From assembly GCA_051294375.1 (NCBI GenBank), contig CM119269.1, forward strand, positions 6,035,531 to 6,099,530: 64,000 bases of DNA. The letters run 5' to 3'. Positions 22,691 to 37,300 of this stretch are shown one piece after another. This DNA comes from Paraspadella gotoi. Its lineage: Eukaryota; Animalia; Chaetognatha. Position 1 is the stretch's first letter. Each line of letters starts with the position of its first letter. The notes beneath the pieces are model-generated. The model worked only from the letters and a program-made list of their open reading frames with translations, made no database searches and was not told the origin of the DNA. A program made the position numbers and the translations under genes.

Positions 22691-24208
22691 TAACTCGTTA
22701 ATCTCTCCCTGAATTCCGCCAGAGCGAAAATACAATGGTTATATTGCATTACGCTCCGTCAATCTCTCAACTGGTCGGAGCCAGACCGGAAGACGATCGC
22801 GAAGCAAGTGGAAAGTAAGATTCCTTTATTTCTTATTTTCCGTTTTTCTTTTCTCTTATTTTTTTTTTCGTTTTTACTCCGCTTTATTTTCACTATCAAC
22901 ATCCAATTGTTATTGTTATTATTTTATTATTGTTATTGTTTTTAATCTCAATTATCATTATATCTCCTCGTGTATTTTACGTTAATACAACTTTTCTAAA
23001 TCATTCCTAATGAGAGACTTTTCGTGCTCCGGGGTCGAATCCGTAGACTTCAGTAAAGGCTCAAGGTCAAGGACCGGAAACGTCGTCAACTTGAAATGTC
23101 TCGAAGAAAGTTGCTAAAAAGCCGAAAAAATCTATCAAAAATCACTTGTACTGACAAGAGATTTTATTTGAGGAAAATGAGTGTATTTTTGAGTAGAGAA
23201 ATCAAACGATGAGTGGACTAATCAATTACAATGAGTGGGTAAATCTCCGAAACTATTTCGTAAAAGAATCGTTGAGGTCCCAGGCCATAAAATAAAATAA
23301 CTTTACTAAGAAGGAAAGGTTCCAAGAGAGGAAGAGAAAAAGAGCCCGCTTCACCTAAACTGCTTTGAGTAAGAGTGTGGAAAAAAAAGAGAGAGAGAGA
23401 GAGAGTTAGGTCAATCTCAGGTCACGTGAATGAGCCGGTAAATCACGAGATGAATGGTCCAGTAAATTTCGGGGATATCTGGAATGAATTTCCTCTGACT
23501 AGTGAAACTTCTTCTCACCAATGTTACTTAACTTCTTTGCTATCGCGATTTCCTTATGATCTTTTATCTTTTCTCGCTTCTTGCGAATTTTTAATTTCAT
23601 TTTATTTTCCATTTATTTTTTATCTTTCTTTCCCTTTCTTTCCTCTACCTAAAAAAACCATAAGACTAAGAAATACGATCAATAAATAAAAGCCTCGGAA
23701 TTCTGTAAATAAAACGCATGTTTTATTCTTCCCAGGAACTTTTCTTTTATTTACGTTAAAATATTCAATATCTCCGAACAGGTCTAACTTTTAAAAGGTT
23801 ACATTATTATTATTATTATCATTATTATTAATATTATTAAGTAGAAAAACTACGGAAAGAGGCAGCTCGTGATAAAAGATTCTGAAGCTAGCATATCGAC
23901 ATATTTACAAATCATTTTCTCGACGAACCAAATATTTTCAAAAACACAGTTGCTTTAGCTTTTTTCTCGATCACAAATTCTTTAGAAAAAAATATCGTCT
24001 GACTTTTGCTTAAATCTTTTTTAAGAACATTGCTCATTGCCCAACTGTTGCAAAGCCCTTGACCAACGTTGTCCCACTGTTGCCCGACTGTTGCGCGACG
24101 ACGAAAATACTTCTCTCTTTCGATTCTCAATTTCTGTCCGACGTCCGCCCACCAGTTTTCTCCGCTCCGCATCTTCGGTCGGACGGAGGAAAGGATCCGT
24201 CGAATCGA

Positions 24209-24244
<36 letters not shown>

Positions 24245-24663
24245 ATTTTCTCTTCTCTCATTCTCCCTCTTCCATTCTCCTCTTTCCTCTTTTCTCCTTT
24301 CTTCATCCTTCCTCCATTCCCTCTCCTTTCCTCCCTCTTCTTCTGTCCCATCGTTTACCCTTTCAGTTTCGACATTTTAATCCTTTTTCTTCCGCCATCT
24401 TGTTCCCAGCCTTCTATTCCTTCGTTTGTCTCTTCTCGTCCCACAATTAGAGTCTTTTCACTTCTGTCTATTAACTTATAGTAAAGCATCTCTAGCAATA
24501 TTCATAAATGTTTTCCGCTGTCCTTTATTATGTCGTTTCGCTACTGTTGCCTATATTAATTTCCTTTGCATCTTAAAACATCTTGACTTTTCTTCACAGC
24601 GACTTTCCAACATCATCTCAGCAGAATAACTTTCTTTTTAGCCCAAACTGAGACCCCCCGTCC

Positions 24664-24901
24664 ACAGCCGGGTTACCTGTGATGCCCATTGGGATGGTGC
24701 ATCTCACTGTTGGCGTTGGGGGCTTCCGACGCTCAGTGACGCCTCCAGTCACTGGCGCGGTTACCCGAGGACGGTATCGCTTTGCCAACGCATAGGGAAG
24801 TGTGGATGGAACACTACGCCTGGGATGGTGTGTTCCCCCTCTGAGCCAATGGTATTGGCTGAACGATGGAGGATGTGAGGTGGTATGAATATACCACCAC
24901 A
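24664..24901 (-). mobile_element. Twister-bearing element, copy 2 (last ~8 nt of the 3' terminus missing)
   Basis: The reverse complement aligns to 22441-22684 along its whole length. It starts TGTGGTGG preceded by GTAT. Indels fall in loops or linkers. Confidence 0.85.
24713..24791 (-). ncRNA. Type-P5 twister ribozyme, probably inactivated copy
   Basis: Same 79-nt layout with a perfect P5 (GCGTTGG/CCAACGC). However, GA is changed to TA at the conserved general-base G, and P4 GGG is changed to GCG. Confidence 0.7.
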
Positions 24902-26513
24902 ATACCCTCCCTGGCACAAACACCACGCCTCTCTACTGACGCAAATCTCGCTACCCTCTCCACTCAAATCTCAAATGCCCTCGCCCCACCTCCCGACTCC
25001 AATGCCCATTCCCGCATCGCGATATTTAATGGCCTTCTCCAAGTTGCGACAATTCCGGCAATAATGAGTTTCCAGGAAAATAAATGAGCATCGTCTCGAA
25101 CAGCGGATCTCGCGCTGAATTTTAAAGCCTTCTCTTTTGTGCTCTCAAAAATATGAGTCTCAACGTTTAATGTCGCTAATTTTTGCCTCATCTTTTGTTG
25201 TCACTTCCACCATTTTCGGCTTGCCTCTATCAAACTGGTAACTAGACAAGTTTCGTCCCCAAAGTCAGTCCAACCTAGTCGTTTGTCAGTCGTCATGCGG
25301 TTGCATCCTGCGTCACCCTCCCGCGTCTCGTATTAGTGCCTCCTTGCTCTAATTCTCCACCGTTTTTCCTCAGAGATTTTCTTCAGCATCTCAAACCCGA
25401 TCCTCTTCCCTTACCCTGCCCAAACTCTCTCACACTTCCCCACCGCCCCCGCTTCGCCTTACCTACTTCGCCCTCCATCGCGAGTTAATCTTCTCAATGA
25501 TGATGAATCGTCGGCGTCGGTCGACGCGCCGAAAGTCGGAGAGCCTGAGAGCCTGAGAGCCGGAGAGTCTGAGAGCGAACGAAGAGGTCGCTGCCATCCG
25601 AGAGCGATATCGCGGTGAGCATCTCGAAGCGAGGCTTTGTCACTCCAATTGTCTAGAATCTCCATGAAGAATTCATTTAGTCGAGTGAGTCTCTCTCTCT
25701 CTCTCTCTCTCTCTCCTACCACTTTAAATCTCCTGTGATAATGATAGTGACTTCTCACGAACTTTCTCCCCACTCTCCCCTCCACACCCCAAAGTTCACC
25801 AAAGATCACAAGACGCACAGGAATCACAAGATGGCGGAAGAGGAGAATTTGTTTCGGGTTCACTTTCGGCGTCGCCCGCGTGAGTCCTCGTTTATCACGG
25901 GTCAGACCTTTAGCCTCCGCGCCGAGCCCTTTTCCCATTCGCTTTTGTTTATGGCTTCACTTTTGCTTTTTTTTCCAATGTTTTAGTTAAATACTTTGCT
26001 TTTCGCTTCATTTCTCTTTGCATTTTGCTCTTTCTTTTAATCTTATTTTACATTCTCCGTTGCTTTTTTTTCTTTTTTCATTAACGAAATGGGGCCAAGG
26101 GCACTTTTCACGAGAATGGTGAGCGCGAATCTCGGTGTTGATCACGTGCCCTGGCACGACCATCGCGCTTCTCTCGGTTAGGGTCAGTCGGTCGGTCGAT
26201 CGGTGGCCCAGAAATTCAGAGCGCTGTGAACTCGTGGAAGAATGTGAGATAAAGAATCACTGGATGAATTTCCTCGTCTGGCCAATGAGCTGAATAACGA
26301 CAGTGACGATAACAACACACTGAGGTTTGTCGCTGTTTCAAAATCAGTGAAATCTTTAGGTTTGATGATTTTAGCGTCGTCGTCGTCGTGTCTTCGTCGT
26401 CGTCGTCTTCGTCGTCTCGTTGTCATTTGTTTTGTTTCTTATCATCCAGCGTAAGCATAATTCAATCATTAAAAAAACGAAAAGGCTGACTTGACGTACT
26501 TGAAAGGCAAAAT

Positions 26514-26544
<31 letters not shown>

Positions 26545-29500
26545 TCCGGCCCAGAAAATTAAATTTAGAAAAATTTTAAATCCAATTTTTCTCGATTTTT
26601 TCGATTTTTCATGAAACGAATCATTTGAGTTCATCTCAGTTTTCCTCATTCGTTTTAAATTTTTATCGTCGCGAATTTGTCTTCCGTTTTTATTTTCTTT
26701 CTTTCTTTTATTCTCGTTGATGCGTTGATGCGTCTTTATAGGGACTTTTTTTGGTTGCAGCTTAACTCCTCGATCGAACTTAGTAATAGGGAAATTTTTA
26801 CAACCAATGTAAAAATAATTGTCTCATTGAATAAATAGCCTATCTTGACTCTAACTATTGAACAGGCTATGTACGATTAAGCTAAACATCTTATTTTTTT
26901 TCATAAAATACAGTACGTATAATATAATTAAAACAAAAAGAGGAAATATCAATAGAGAGAGACTGACACGAAAAAAGGTTTAACTTACCCTCCGCAAGGA
27001 AAGGTCATAAAAGGTCAAAATAATCAGGCGAACGAGATTCCGTCTTTCTTATTAATTAGTTCTCGCCGAAGACGAATTGCCACGCCCACTTCCAACGTCA
27101 AATTTGACGTAAGATTAATTGCCACGCCCTCTTCGAACGTCAAATTTGACGTCGTTTCGCAAAATCGTACGACTTGAGGAAGAATTAACCTATAATTTCG
27201 AATCCGACCCAGTGCGACACACACACACACACACACACAACGCATTTGGCCTACGAGCCAGGCTGAAAAACTTGGCCCACCCCGATAGCTTTCGCCGTCG
27301 AATCGATTAGCATCCATGTCATTCACGGCATTTAATTATCATTATTGACTAATTAATCTATTCGTTGCAATTTGTGAAAGAATGAAGCTATATAGCTAAA
27401 ATATTATTTTGCTCCCTCTTTTCAAACCCCGGTCGCAAAACTTTATTTCGTTAAGTTATTCGGTATATTTTTCTAGACAAATGTATGAAATTGGTACAAC
27501 CAATATAAATATAAATATATTTGAATATATTTTCGTTTTCGCCACATTTTACAATTAGCCAACTCTCGATTTTGATTTCAATAAATCGATTCGTCTCATT
27601 TTATCTCGACCACCTCCGCTATCAGTTTTCTCATCTTCCATCTCTCTCTTTTATTTTCTCTCTCTGTATGATGTTCTTTTATTTTCGTCATAAATTCTAT
27701 TTCTAGTCATTAAATTCTTTTTCTTTTTATTTTCACTCTCCGTCCCATTCTCTTTCGTCATAAATTCTCGCACCAGCAATTTCCGAGAAATTCCTTTTTT
27801 TTCGTATTCTAAGTTACCATCATTCGCTTTCGTCTATCTCATACAATTAGAAATCACGTTTTGAGACTAGTTTACTACACATTCATTATTACTTACTTCG
27901 TCTTCCTCATCCTCTTCCTCCTTCTCCCTTCCTCTTACTTCACATTCCATCCTGCCTCCTTCTCCTCTTCATCTACCTCTCCCTCCTCTCCTCCTCCTCC
28001 TCCTCTCCTCCTCTGCCTCCCTCCTCAATCATTTCTTCGCGCTCCGATAATTCCGATTTCATCTTAAGTACTCGTAGGCCACTTCTAACCTCCCTCTTCT
28101 CTCTTCCTCCTCCCTCTTGCACATCCTTCCTGTGCCTCCCTCTTCCTTCCTCTCTTATCCAATCCTTCCTATCCTATTACCACCCGTCATCTTTTTCCTC
28201 TTACTATCACTCTCTCACTCCGTCCTCTCCTCACAACCAATCTTTCCTTTCTTCCCTCTTCCTCTCGCTTCTTTAAACATATTCTCCATTCACCCATTTC
28301 TGGCCGCTCCAATCCACTTATTTCATCCTCATTTCCTTCTACTCCTCCTCCTCCTCTAATGCTCTATGCCCTAAGATTCCCCTGCCCCCCCCCCCCGCCG
28401 CACGTTCCCCCACCGGATGCTCCCCCCTATAAAAAAAAACTTCCCAGAATCAAATCCGGCCCAGATGGCGTTCGACGTATCTAGTTATCTTGTCCATACA
28501 ATATTCGAAACGGCACTCGAAAAAAAGAGAGAGGGAAGCAAAAGAGAACTAATTTTTTTTAACCCGCACTGACCGTTTCGCGTGATCTAAGACACTTGGA
28601 CAGAGGAAGCATCTCGTTGACCTTTCCTCCTCCTTTTTTTCCTCGATTGGCTTATGTTTGTCCCGGTCTACGCAGCTCACAGTTTGTCTCCCTGGTCCCG
28701 ATCTCCGGTTCTGTTTTTCAGGCTTCTTCTCCGGAGTGTCGGGACAGCTATTTTTTTTTTTTTTTTTTTTGCGACTTCTCTCTTCGTCTTTTTGTCGTCA
28801 GTTCTTCCCGGGAATTTTAATACCAGCTCGTCCAACTCGCTTGAGCCTTTCCGTGACTATCCGCACATGATTGCATGCTTGAGCTATGAAACAGAGCGTT
28901 GTTTGCGTGCGCGCACGTTGCGCGTCAGCGTCTTATGAGAGCGACCGCACAACGTTGCGGTCGCGGAACGCTCAGAAAGAGATTTGGGGGCGTATTGGTT
29001 GAACGTTAACCTATGCCGAAATATTCATTTTTAGTACACCTTTTCGCTCCAGCTTGAGAGTAAGGAAGAGAGTAGATGAGAAAAGAGGAGAGAGAAGAGA
29101 GAGAGAGAGGAGAGAGACCAGAGCAGGAGAGAAGGACGAGAGAGACGAGGAGAGAGAGCGAGATGGAGAGGAGAGAGAGGACGAGCAAGAGAGAGAGAAA
29201 GAGAGAAGAGAAGAGAAGAGCGATAGCACAAAGCATCACTAGACGCAAGTTGGATGAGCCGAACGCTGAAGAATAATATTTGGTTAGCAAGGAGAAAGGT
29301 AATAGTATGGAGATTTTGCGGTAAAAGTGAAAGGTTTGTGAACGAAACGAGCTCCTCTGCTGCCTCACCGTGAGGAGCGTGAAAGTGAAAGAAGAAGAGA
29401 TAATGCGACCTATCAGAAGGACGAAACCAAAGCCGCCGAGCGATAGGGCGCTGCTTTACACGAAAATAGGGCTTTACTACTTCCAAAACTGAAATAAGGC

Positions 29501-32500
29501 TGCTCCACGAAAAGGGTCTGACTCGACGAACTAGTAGACAGGGAGCCTGCTACGCGAATAGTCGACAGTGAAATCACATACAACCCAATAGATGAGCAAA
29601 GGAATAAAGAAAGTAAGGATTTTCGCCGACATTTTCCCTCTAATTGAGAAGGTCATTAAATGATCGGAGAGGAAAGAAGGAAAGAGACAACCGTCGAGGC
29701 GAAAAAAAGTAATTGGAACGGGGAGGCAAATGATGGCTTCGAAGCGCCGTTGCAAAAATTTCATGGGAGTCAAAGGTTCGAATATACGAAGGACTCGTTG
29801 GCGGAAATGATGATGAAGATGAACTGATGATAGAAATTTGATGAATGAGATGCACTGAATCTGACTGATGAAACACTCTCATCATACATCTACAAAAAAA
29901 TGTGGTCACCTATATTTACTTACAGGCACCACGGTACACAACACCACGACAACCCACGGACACGACACCCGAACACAACCACAAAACCCAACAACATGGC
30001 ACGCACACACCATGCATCACCAACATTTTTATATGTGTCGACGCAACAGCCCCAAATAAGCAAACGCACACACACCACCCACACCTGGTGTGGGGTGTTG
30101 ATGGAGCACATCGAACGATGAATGATGAATGATTCAATTGATAAATGTAGAATGATGATGCATGATAAATGATGATGACGCATGCATGATGAACTGCATG
30201 ATCGATTACTCGTAGATGATCGAATGATGATGAAAATCAACGACGATGATGATGATACCGATAATGATGATGATCCACGATGAATGGATGAACGATCGAT
30301 GAACATCAACGATGATGATAATGATTGATCGATTATGATCGATGATGATGATGATCGATCGATTCACGACAAAATCAACGATGAATGGATAAGTGATGAC
30401 TGATAATGGATAAATGATGATGATAGATGATCGATGATGAAAATAACGATTGACGATGCATGATGATGATTGATGATGAGTGAATTATGAACTGATGACG
30501 GATGATGATGAATTGACTCGCACTGATGATGATGATGCATGATCGACAAGACGAAGTGCACCGATGACGACGCGCGCGGAGGAGCTGTGCAACACTTTGA
30601 GATTTCGCGTCTCCTTCTCAAACTTTTTTCTCTACTCGCTTAATTTTTTTTCTATCTCTTTTTTCTTCCCTAGCCTATCTCTTTTCTCCCTCTCTCCTCA
30701 AGGAGGAAAATGAGAGAGTGACTCCTAAAAACACACAAACCTCTGAAGCCCTTCCACCCAGTTTTCTCTCTCTTTTCTTCTTCTTATTTTCGTACCTCCA
30801 TTTCTTATCTCTATTCCTTTTTTTCCTCATTTATCACTTTTCACTTATATTACTATATTTCCGTCGGCGTCCCCTATTCCTCTGCCTCTTCGCTATTTTT
30901 GATAATCCATTTTCCGATTGAAACTCAAACGTGACTGGCATGAGCGAGGCCNNNNNNNNNNNNNNNNNNNNNNNNNTTTTTGATTCTCTCTTCGCTTTTG
31001 TCGTCAGTTCTTCCCCGGGAATTTTAAAAGCTCGCCCGCTCGCTTGGCTTTCCTTGCTCCGCTTGGTTGCCTGCTTGCTTGACAGCTTGTTTGCTTTCGT
31101 CGCGGNNNNNNNNNNNNNNNNNNNNNNNNNTTGTCTTCGTGTTGGAAATGATGATAGCTTCTTGTTTGTCATTTCCGCTTTCCTCTCTCCTCTCATCTCT
31201 CCTCTCTCTCTTCTCTCTCTTCTCTTCTCTCTCTCTCTCTCACTCGGTGCTTGCTTTTTACTTGAAATTTTTTCTATCATCTCCATTTATTTACATCGGA
31301 AAAAGGCGTTTTTCCTTTGTTTTTTAAAAGCTCTAGTTATCTCTTTGTTTGGAAATAGTCGATCTGGCTCTCTCATCTCTCCGTGCTGTCTAATTTCTAT
31401 CATTACCCGCTCTTTTCTTTCTCATCAAGGCTATAGGGATAAAGGGGCTACATTAAATTAAATCTGTTAATTTCGGCAAAACATATAGTCTAGAAAAAAA
31501 GCCGGCCTCATTTTCTTTATTTCTGATACGAAACGCCGCCCGCGACGGAAAGCAAACGAAGCTGTTCAAGCAAGCATGGCAAATAACCAACGCGGAGCAA
31601 GGAATGCCAGCCGGAAGCGGGCGCAGCTTTAAAAAGGATTCCCTGTGGTGGGAATGGAAACTGATCGTATAAAAAAACTGAAGAGGAGAATCAAAAAAAA
31701 AAAAAAAAAAAAAAAAAATAGCTGTCCCGAATCCGGAGAAAGGAAAGCCGGAAAAAACGAACCCGGAGATCGGGACCCAGGGAGATCAAACTGTGAGTGC
31801 GTTTGTAGAGACCGGGACAAAATAAAGCGCACATCAGAGGAAAAAAAGGAGGAAGGAAAAGGTCAACGAGATGCTTTCCTCTGTCCAAGGTCATAGTCAC
31901 GCGAAACGGTCGTGGGTTAAAAAAATTAGGGTTCTCTTTTTGCTTTCTCCTCTTCTCTTTTTTATCGAGTGTGCCGTTTCGAAATATTGTATGGCACAAG
32001 TTATGTAACCTAGATACGTCGAACGTCCTGCTGGGAGCAAACGGATTTTTGATTCTGGGAAGTTTTTTTATTATAAGGGGGGAGGAATCCGGTGGGGGGT
32101 ACGTGGCGGCGGGGGGGGGGGGCAGGGGAATCTTAGGGCATAGAGCATTAGTAGGAAGTGAGGGAGTTAGAAGTAATATGAGGAATGAAAAAGTTGGATT
32201 GTGACGGCCAGAAATGGGGAAGGATGAAATGAACTTTTGTTTATAAGAAGGAGAGAGACAGAGGAGAAGAAAAGGAAAGGAATTCGGTTTGTTGCCATGG
32301 GAGAGACGGAGTGAGAAGAGTGTATCATGTAAAGTAGGACAAAAGATGACGGTGGTATAGGAAAGGAGAGGAATGTGGAATCATAGAGTAGGAAGGAAGA
32401 GGGAGGTCACTAGGAATGGATCGTGATTAGAAGAGGGAGAGGAGGAAGAGAGAAGAGGGAGGTTAGAAGTGGCCTAACCGAGTAACTTAAGATGAATCGG

Positions 32501-34379
32501 AATTATCGGCAGCCGCGAAGAAATGATTGAGGAGGGAGAGAGGGATGGAGGGAGAGGAAAGAGAGGAGGCCAGGAGGGAGAAGGTAGTGGCACAAGTAAG
32601 GAGAAGGAAACGGAAGGAGAAATGGGTAGGAGGAAGAATGAATGAAGAGGAAGAGAGAGGAGAGAGGAGGAAAGAGTATGAGGAGAAGAAAGCGAGTAGG
32701 ATAGATGAATTGAAGAGGGTTAAATAGCGCAACTTATTTCGTGAATGACGCTCCAGGTAGACACGAAACACGAAATAAGAAGGTAAGATAGAAAAAAAAG
32801 GAGAATTTCTGAAAGTATTGGGCTGGTGCGAAGAATTTATGCGAAAAGAGAATGGGACGGAGAGTGAAAAATAAAAAGAAAAGAATTTAATGAACTAGAA
32901 ATATGAATTATAGATGGAAATATAAAATGATTTTCGATATCCATGAGAGTATGAAAATTGGAGAAGTAGAGAGAAGGAAGAGATTGAGATAAAACTGTAT
33001 TTATAAGCGGAAATGGTGGTCGAAAGATAACACTGAGTACTGACTATCCGATTAAATTGACATATCAAAATGCGAAGTTGGCTAATTGTAAAATGTGCGA
33101 AACGAAAATTAATTCAAATATATTATATATTATATATTTGTTGTACCCAATTTATACATTTGTCTGAAAATATTCCGAATCAAACAACGAAATAAAGTTT
33201 TGAAAAGAGCGGACGCAAAATTATATTTTCGCTATAATACGCTTCTTTCTTTCAATCAATTGCAAGAATGATTAATTAGGCCATAATGATAATTAAATGC
33301 CGGAATGACATGGATGCTAATCGAATTCGAACGGCGAAAGCTATCGGGTGGGCAAGTTTTTCAAGCTGGCTCGTAGGCCAAATGCGTTTGTGTTGGTGTG
33401 TGTGTGTGTGTCGCACTGGGTCGGATTCGAATTATAGGTTATTCTTTCCCCTCAGTCGTACGATTTTGCGAGACGTCAAATTGACGTTCGAAGAGGGCGT
33501 GGCAATTAATCTTAACGTCAATTTGACGTTGGAAGTGGGGCGTGGCTAATTCGTCTTCGGCGAGAACTAAATATAAAGAAAGACGGAATCTCGTTCGCCT
33601 GATTTTGACGTCTTTTTGACTTTCTTGCGGAGGGTAAGTTAAAACCTTTTTTTCGGTCAGTCTCTCTCTAGTTGATATTTCCTCTTTTGTTTTAATTATA
33701 TTATACGTACTTGTAGTTTATAGACAATAAAAATATAAGTATGTTATAGAAGCTAAATACGTACATAGCAATCCGTCTTCAATAGTTAGAGTCAGATAGG
33801 CTATTTATTCAATAGAACATTTTTTAGATGGTTGTAAAATTTCTCCGCTTAAACTCATGATGTATTCGATCGAGGAATTTGAACGACGTGGACACGGTAC
33901 CTAAATAAAGTCCCCTATATTAAGACGCGCATCAAATCTTGTGCAATTATTCTATAATCATGTGATAATACTATAGAAAGACAAGTAAAATTAAAGACTG
34001 GAGTAGACATTTGTGAGACGTATCAGGGATATCGTTAATTCAAATTTAAAAACACGAATGAGAAAAATTAACATGAGTGGATCGCTCTCTATAACATGGA
34101 TATGTCACAGCTATTTCTATATATATTGCAGAGGCTATCTTTTACAATTGGATTGAAAAGAGTGTGTTAGTATACTATTTGCTTTGGATATTTAAAGATA
34201 TGTTTTTTTATACTTCAAACTTAATTTTCTTCTCGTGTGGAGAAGTATCGTCCTGCCCGCGTGGTATAATCGAGACTGACGAGTTTTTATCGGAACTCCT
34301 TTTACTTTAGAAGAAGTCGTATATATATTGATCGTTTATACCGCTTGTTTTGTTTATAATATTCGTTTTGTATGCATTG

Positions 34380-37300
34380 GAGAAACGGATGTCGCTTGCC
34401 CCACGTTTTTTTTAAAAGTTTTTATTCTTTTTTAGGATTCGAGAAAAATTAGCGGTTTCTATCTTGTTATTTTTTAAGCTTTATATCTGATACTCTATTG
34501 GCGAGAAAAAGTCGTTTTTCTGGTGTATTTAACGGTTTTATCTATGAGAGTGAAACCGAAGAGAGAGCAGCATTACCATAAAATTTCAAGAGGAGTACAC
34601 GAAAGAGGAGCACGCAAAGTCAGGAGCAACAGTGAAAATAAAAGAAGGAAATTTGTGTTGTTTTCGACTATAATAAAGATATTTAATAACTGTGCTCTTT
34701 CTATCTTTCTATGAATGATCTAGCTCAATTTTAACATGCCGGAGGAGCTGACTGTTATGTGATGATAAGTAAGGTAATATCAAATATTAACAAGTTGGAT
34801 CGTATATCTTGTTAATCTGCCTATATATATGAATATCAATCTCGATATAATTTACCGGTGTTTTAGCACACATTTTTTCATCTTCTTTATGATTAGCTCA
34901 CTTGGAACTAAGCGTGTTATTTCTATTTGTTGTGTAAAAAGAGATTGTTATCGTATTTTGGAATATAGTGACCGTCTGCGGTTATTTACGTTTTTATTAC
35001 TTTTTAACTTTAGAAAAGGTTCGTTTTACTCGGGTGGACTTATTAATAGTTTAACATCTTCTCGTCACATTTTGGGAAATGTAAACGTTTGCGCGTTTGT
35101 TTTATTTTTTGTTTTAAAGATTTATATAATCTCTTTTTAGCGATTGGAATAAATCGTTTTCCTGTTATTGTTTAAGTTTCATATCTTTTACAGAGGACCA
35201 AGAATTAATGTTGTCGTGTTCTCGCGTGAGTATTTAACCGTTATTTATCCTATTGAGAAGTGAGAGAAAAGCTACATAAAACTTAAAGAGAGGGACCAGA
35301 AGAAGAGGAGAGAAGGAGACATAAAAATAAAAGAGCGGAAATTTTGTTTGTTTTGATAAAAAGGTATTGTCTGATATAAAATAACTGTCCTCATTCGTCG
35401 GTGCAGGTTTAAGACAACCTGCGATGAGGTGTTTATTTTGCAAAAAGTATCTGATAACCGTATTTTTATTTCTTTTTTCGTTAAGATAAAAAAAATTCGT
35501 TTCCGTCGTGTTTTAGAAATTATTTTATCTCTTTTTAAACATTGCGAAAACAGACGTGGTTTCTTTGTTTTTTAAAGTTTGTATCTCTTCTCTTTGGAAA
35601 TATCATTGTCTGCCGCTGTACTCTTTCACAGTTTTTATCAACTTTTGTACTTTAAGAAAAGTCTCGTTATATCGGTGTTTTTTTTATAACCTTTTTTTAC
35701 ATTGGAAAAAAAACGTTCTTGCCGTTTTTTTTAAAAAGTTTCCTTTATTTCTTTTTAAGCACACTTGATAAAAAAAATCGTCTTTTCGCTGTTATTTTAA
35801 AGTTTTCCCATATCTTTTTAAGGGTCGCGAGAAAAAGTTCGTTTTCTGGTGGTATTTTCTAAGCGTTTTTATCAAAAGTATTCGAAGTGAGAGAAAGCTA
35901 CATAAAATTAAAGAGGAAAAGAGAGGAGACGGAGACATAAAAAAAAAAGAGAGGAAATTGTTTGTTGTGAATAAAGAGGATATTTAATAAGCTGTCCCTC
36001 TGACCACAATTTTAAACAACCTTTGGATGATGTTATTTGCATGCTAGAAGTATTTAAACGTTTTTATTTGCTTTTTTCTCTTGAAAAATATCGTTTTCCC
36101 GGGTGTTTTAGGAGGGAGAGTGTTCTTTAAGTCTCTTTTTTACCTATTGAAAATCAGCGTTTTTCTTTGTTTTTAAATAGGTGTTATCGACGTCAAAGCT
36201 CTTTGGAAATATGCGTCTGCCGCTGTTATTTACACGGTTTTTATGCACTTTTTCACACTTGTGTAGAAGGAGTTCGTCTTACTCTCACAGTCAGTGTTTT
36301 CCATTCTGTATAATATGTTATTTTACGACATTTTGGAAAAAAACGCCTCTGCGCGATTGTTTTTTAAAAGTTTGTTAGTTTCTTTTTACATTGAAAAACA
36401 ATCGTTTCATGTGTATTTTTAAGTTTTTTCATATCTTTTTACAGAGAAAAGGACGTGAAGCTTTCCTGGTGTTTATTAACGTTTTTATCTTTTGAGGAGT
36501 GGAGGAAGAAGTTCTAGACCACTAAACATGTTAAACGAGTAAAGAGAAGGAGATTGTAAGACGAGACATGAAAAAATTTAACAAGTGAGTTAGGCAGGAT
36601 CTTGTCCTTGTTTTTGATTTAGGAAGAGTACTGTTAATACCCACCGTGCAATACACGCTTCCTCGACGATTTAACAACATTCGATGAATGTTATTGATGC
36701 AGATAGGTATGATTCTGTGGTTTTTTTTTTTTTTCTTTGAAAGTACTCTGTTTTTCCGGGTGTTAATTAATTTTGGAAAATTTTTTGTAAGTCCTCTCCT
36801 CTTTACATTGAATAAAACGCCTTGGTCTTATGATTTTTATAAACTGGTTGTTATCTCGTATAATGCCGTTGAAGGTGGTTTGTCTGCCAGCGGTCGTAAA
36901 TTTAAACCCGTTGTTATATTATTTTTAACTGTGTTAAGAAAAGTCCGTCTGTTTAGTTACGGTCTGATTTTCTTAAACCGTACGGAATCCTATCCTTTTA
37001 CAGGAAGGGAAATTACGTTTTGTCTGTCTGTAGCTGCTTTTGAAAGGTTTTGACTCTTCAATTCTATTCAGCTCTGGAAAATAGAGGGTTTCATGTTATT
37101 ATTTGAAAGTTTTTCATAGTTTTTATCAGTCCACGAGGACAAAGTTCGGTGTATCTGGTGGGTGGATTATCTAAAACGTTTTTATCTTTATTCAGAGTCG
37201 AGGAGATAAGACTATTTTCTATTTAAAATTTAAAGAGACAGAAAGAGTTAGAGGAGGAGGTCAAGGGAGTACTATAAACAATAAGTAAAGTTATTGAGGA
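34380..37300. repeat. Very noisy higher-order tandem repeat (~630-700 bp unit built from ~45-50 bp AT-rich subunits), ~4-5 units
   Basis: A gtgagagaaagctacataaa-like marker occurs near 34562, 35260, 35887, 36500 and 37198. The subunit is approximately gaaaaaatcgttttcctgttgttttttaaagtttttatctcttttacatt. Confidence 0.65.

Noticed and set aside
24930-25680. Non-repetitive GC-balanced region next to copy 2, considered as an internal gag/pol region of the LTR family
   Set aside because: No PBS/PPT or retroelement motifs were seen, all frames contain stops, and copies 1 and 2 are inverted rather than direct repeats.
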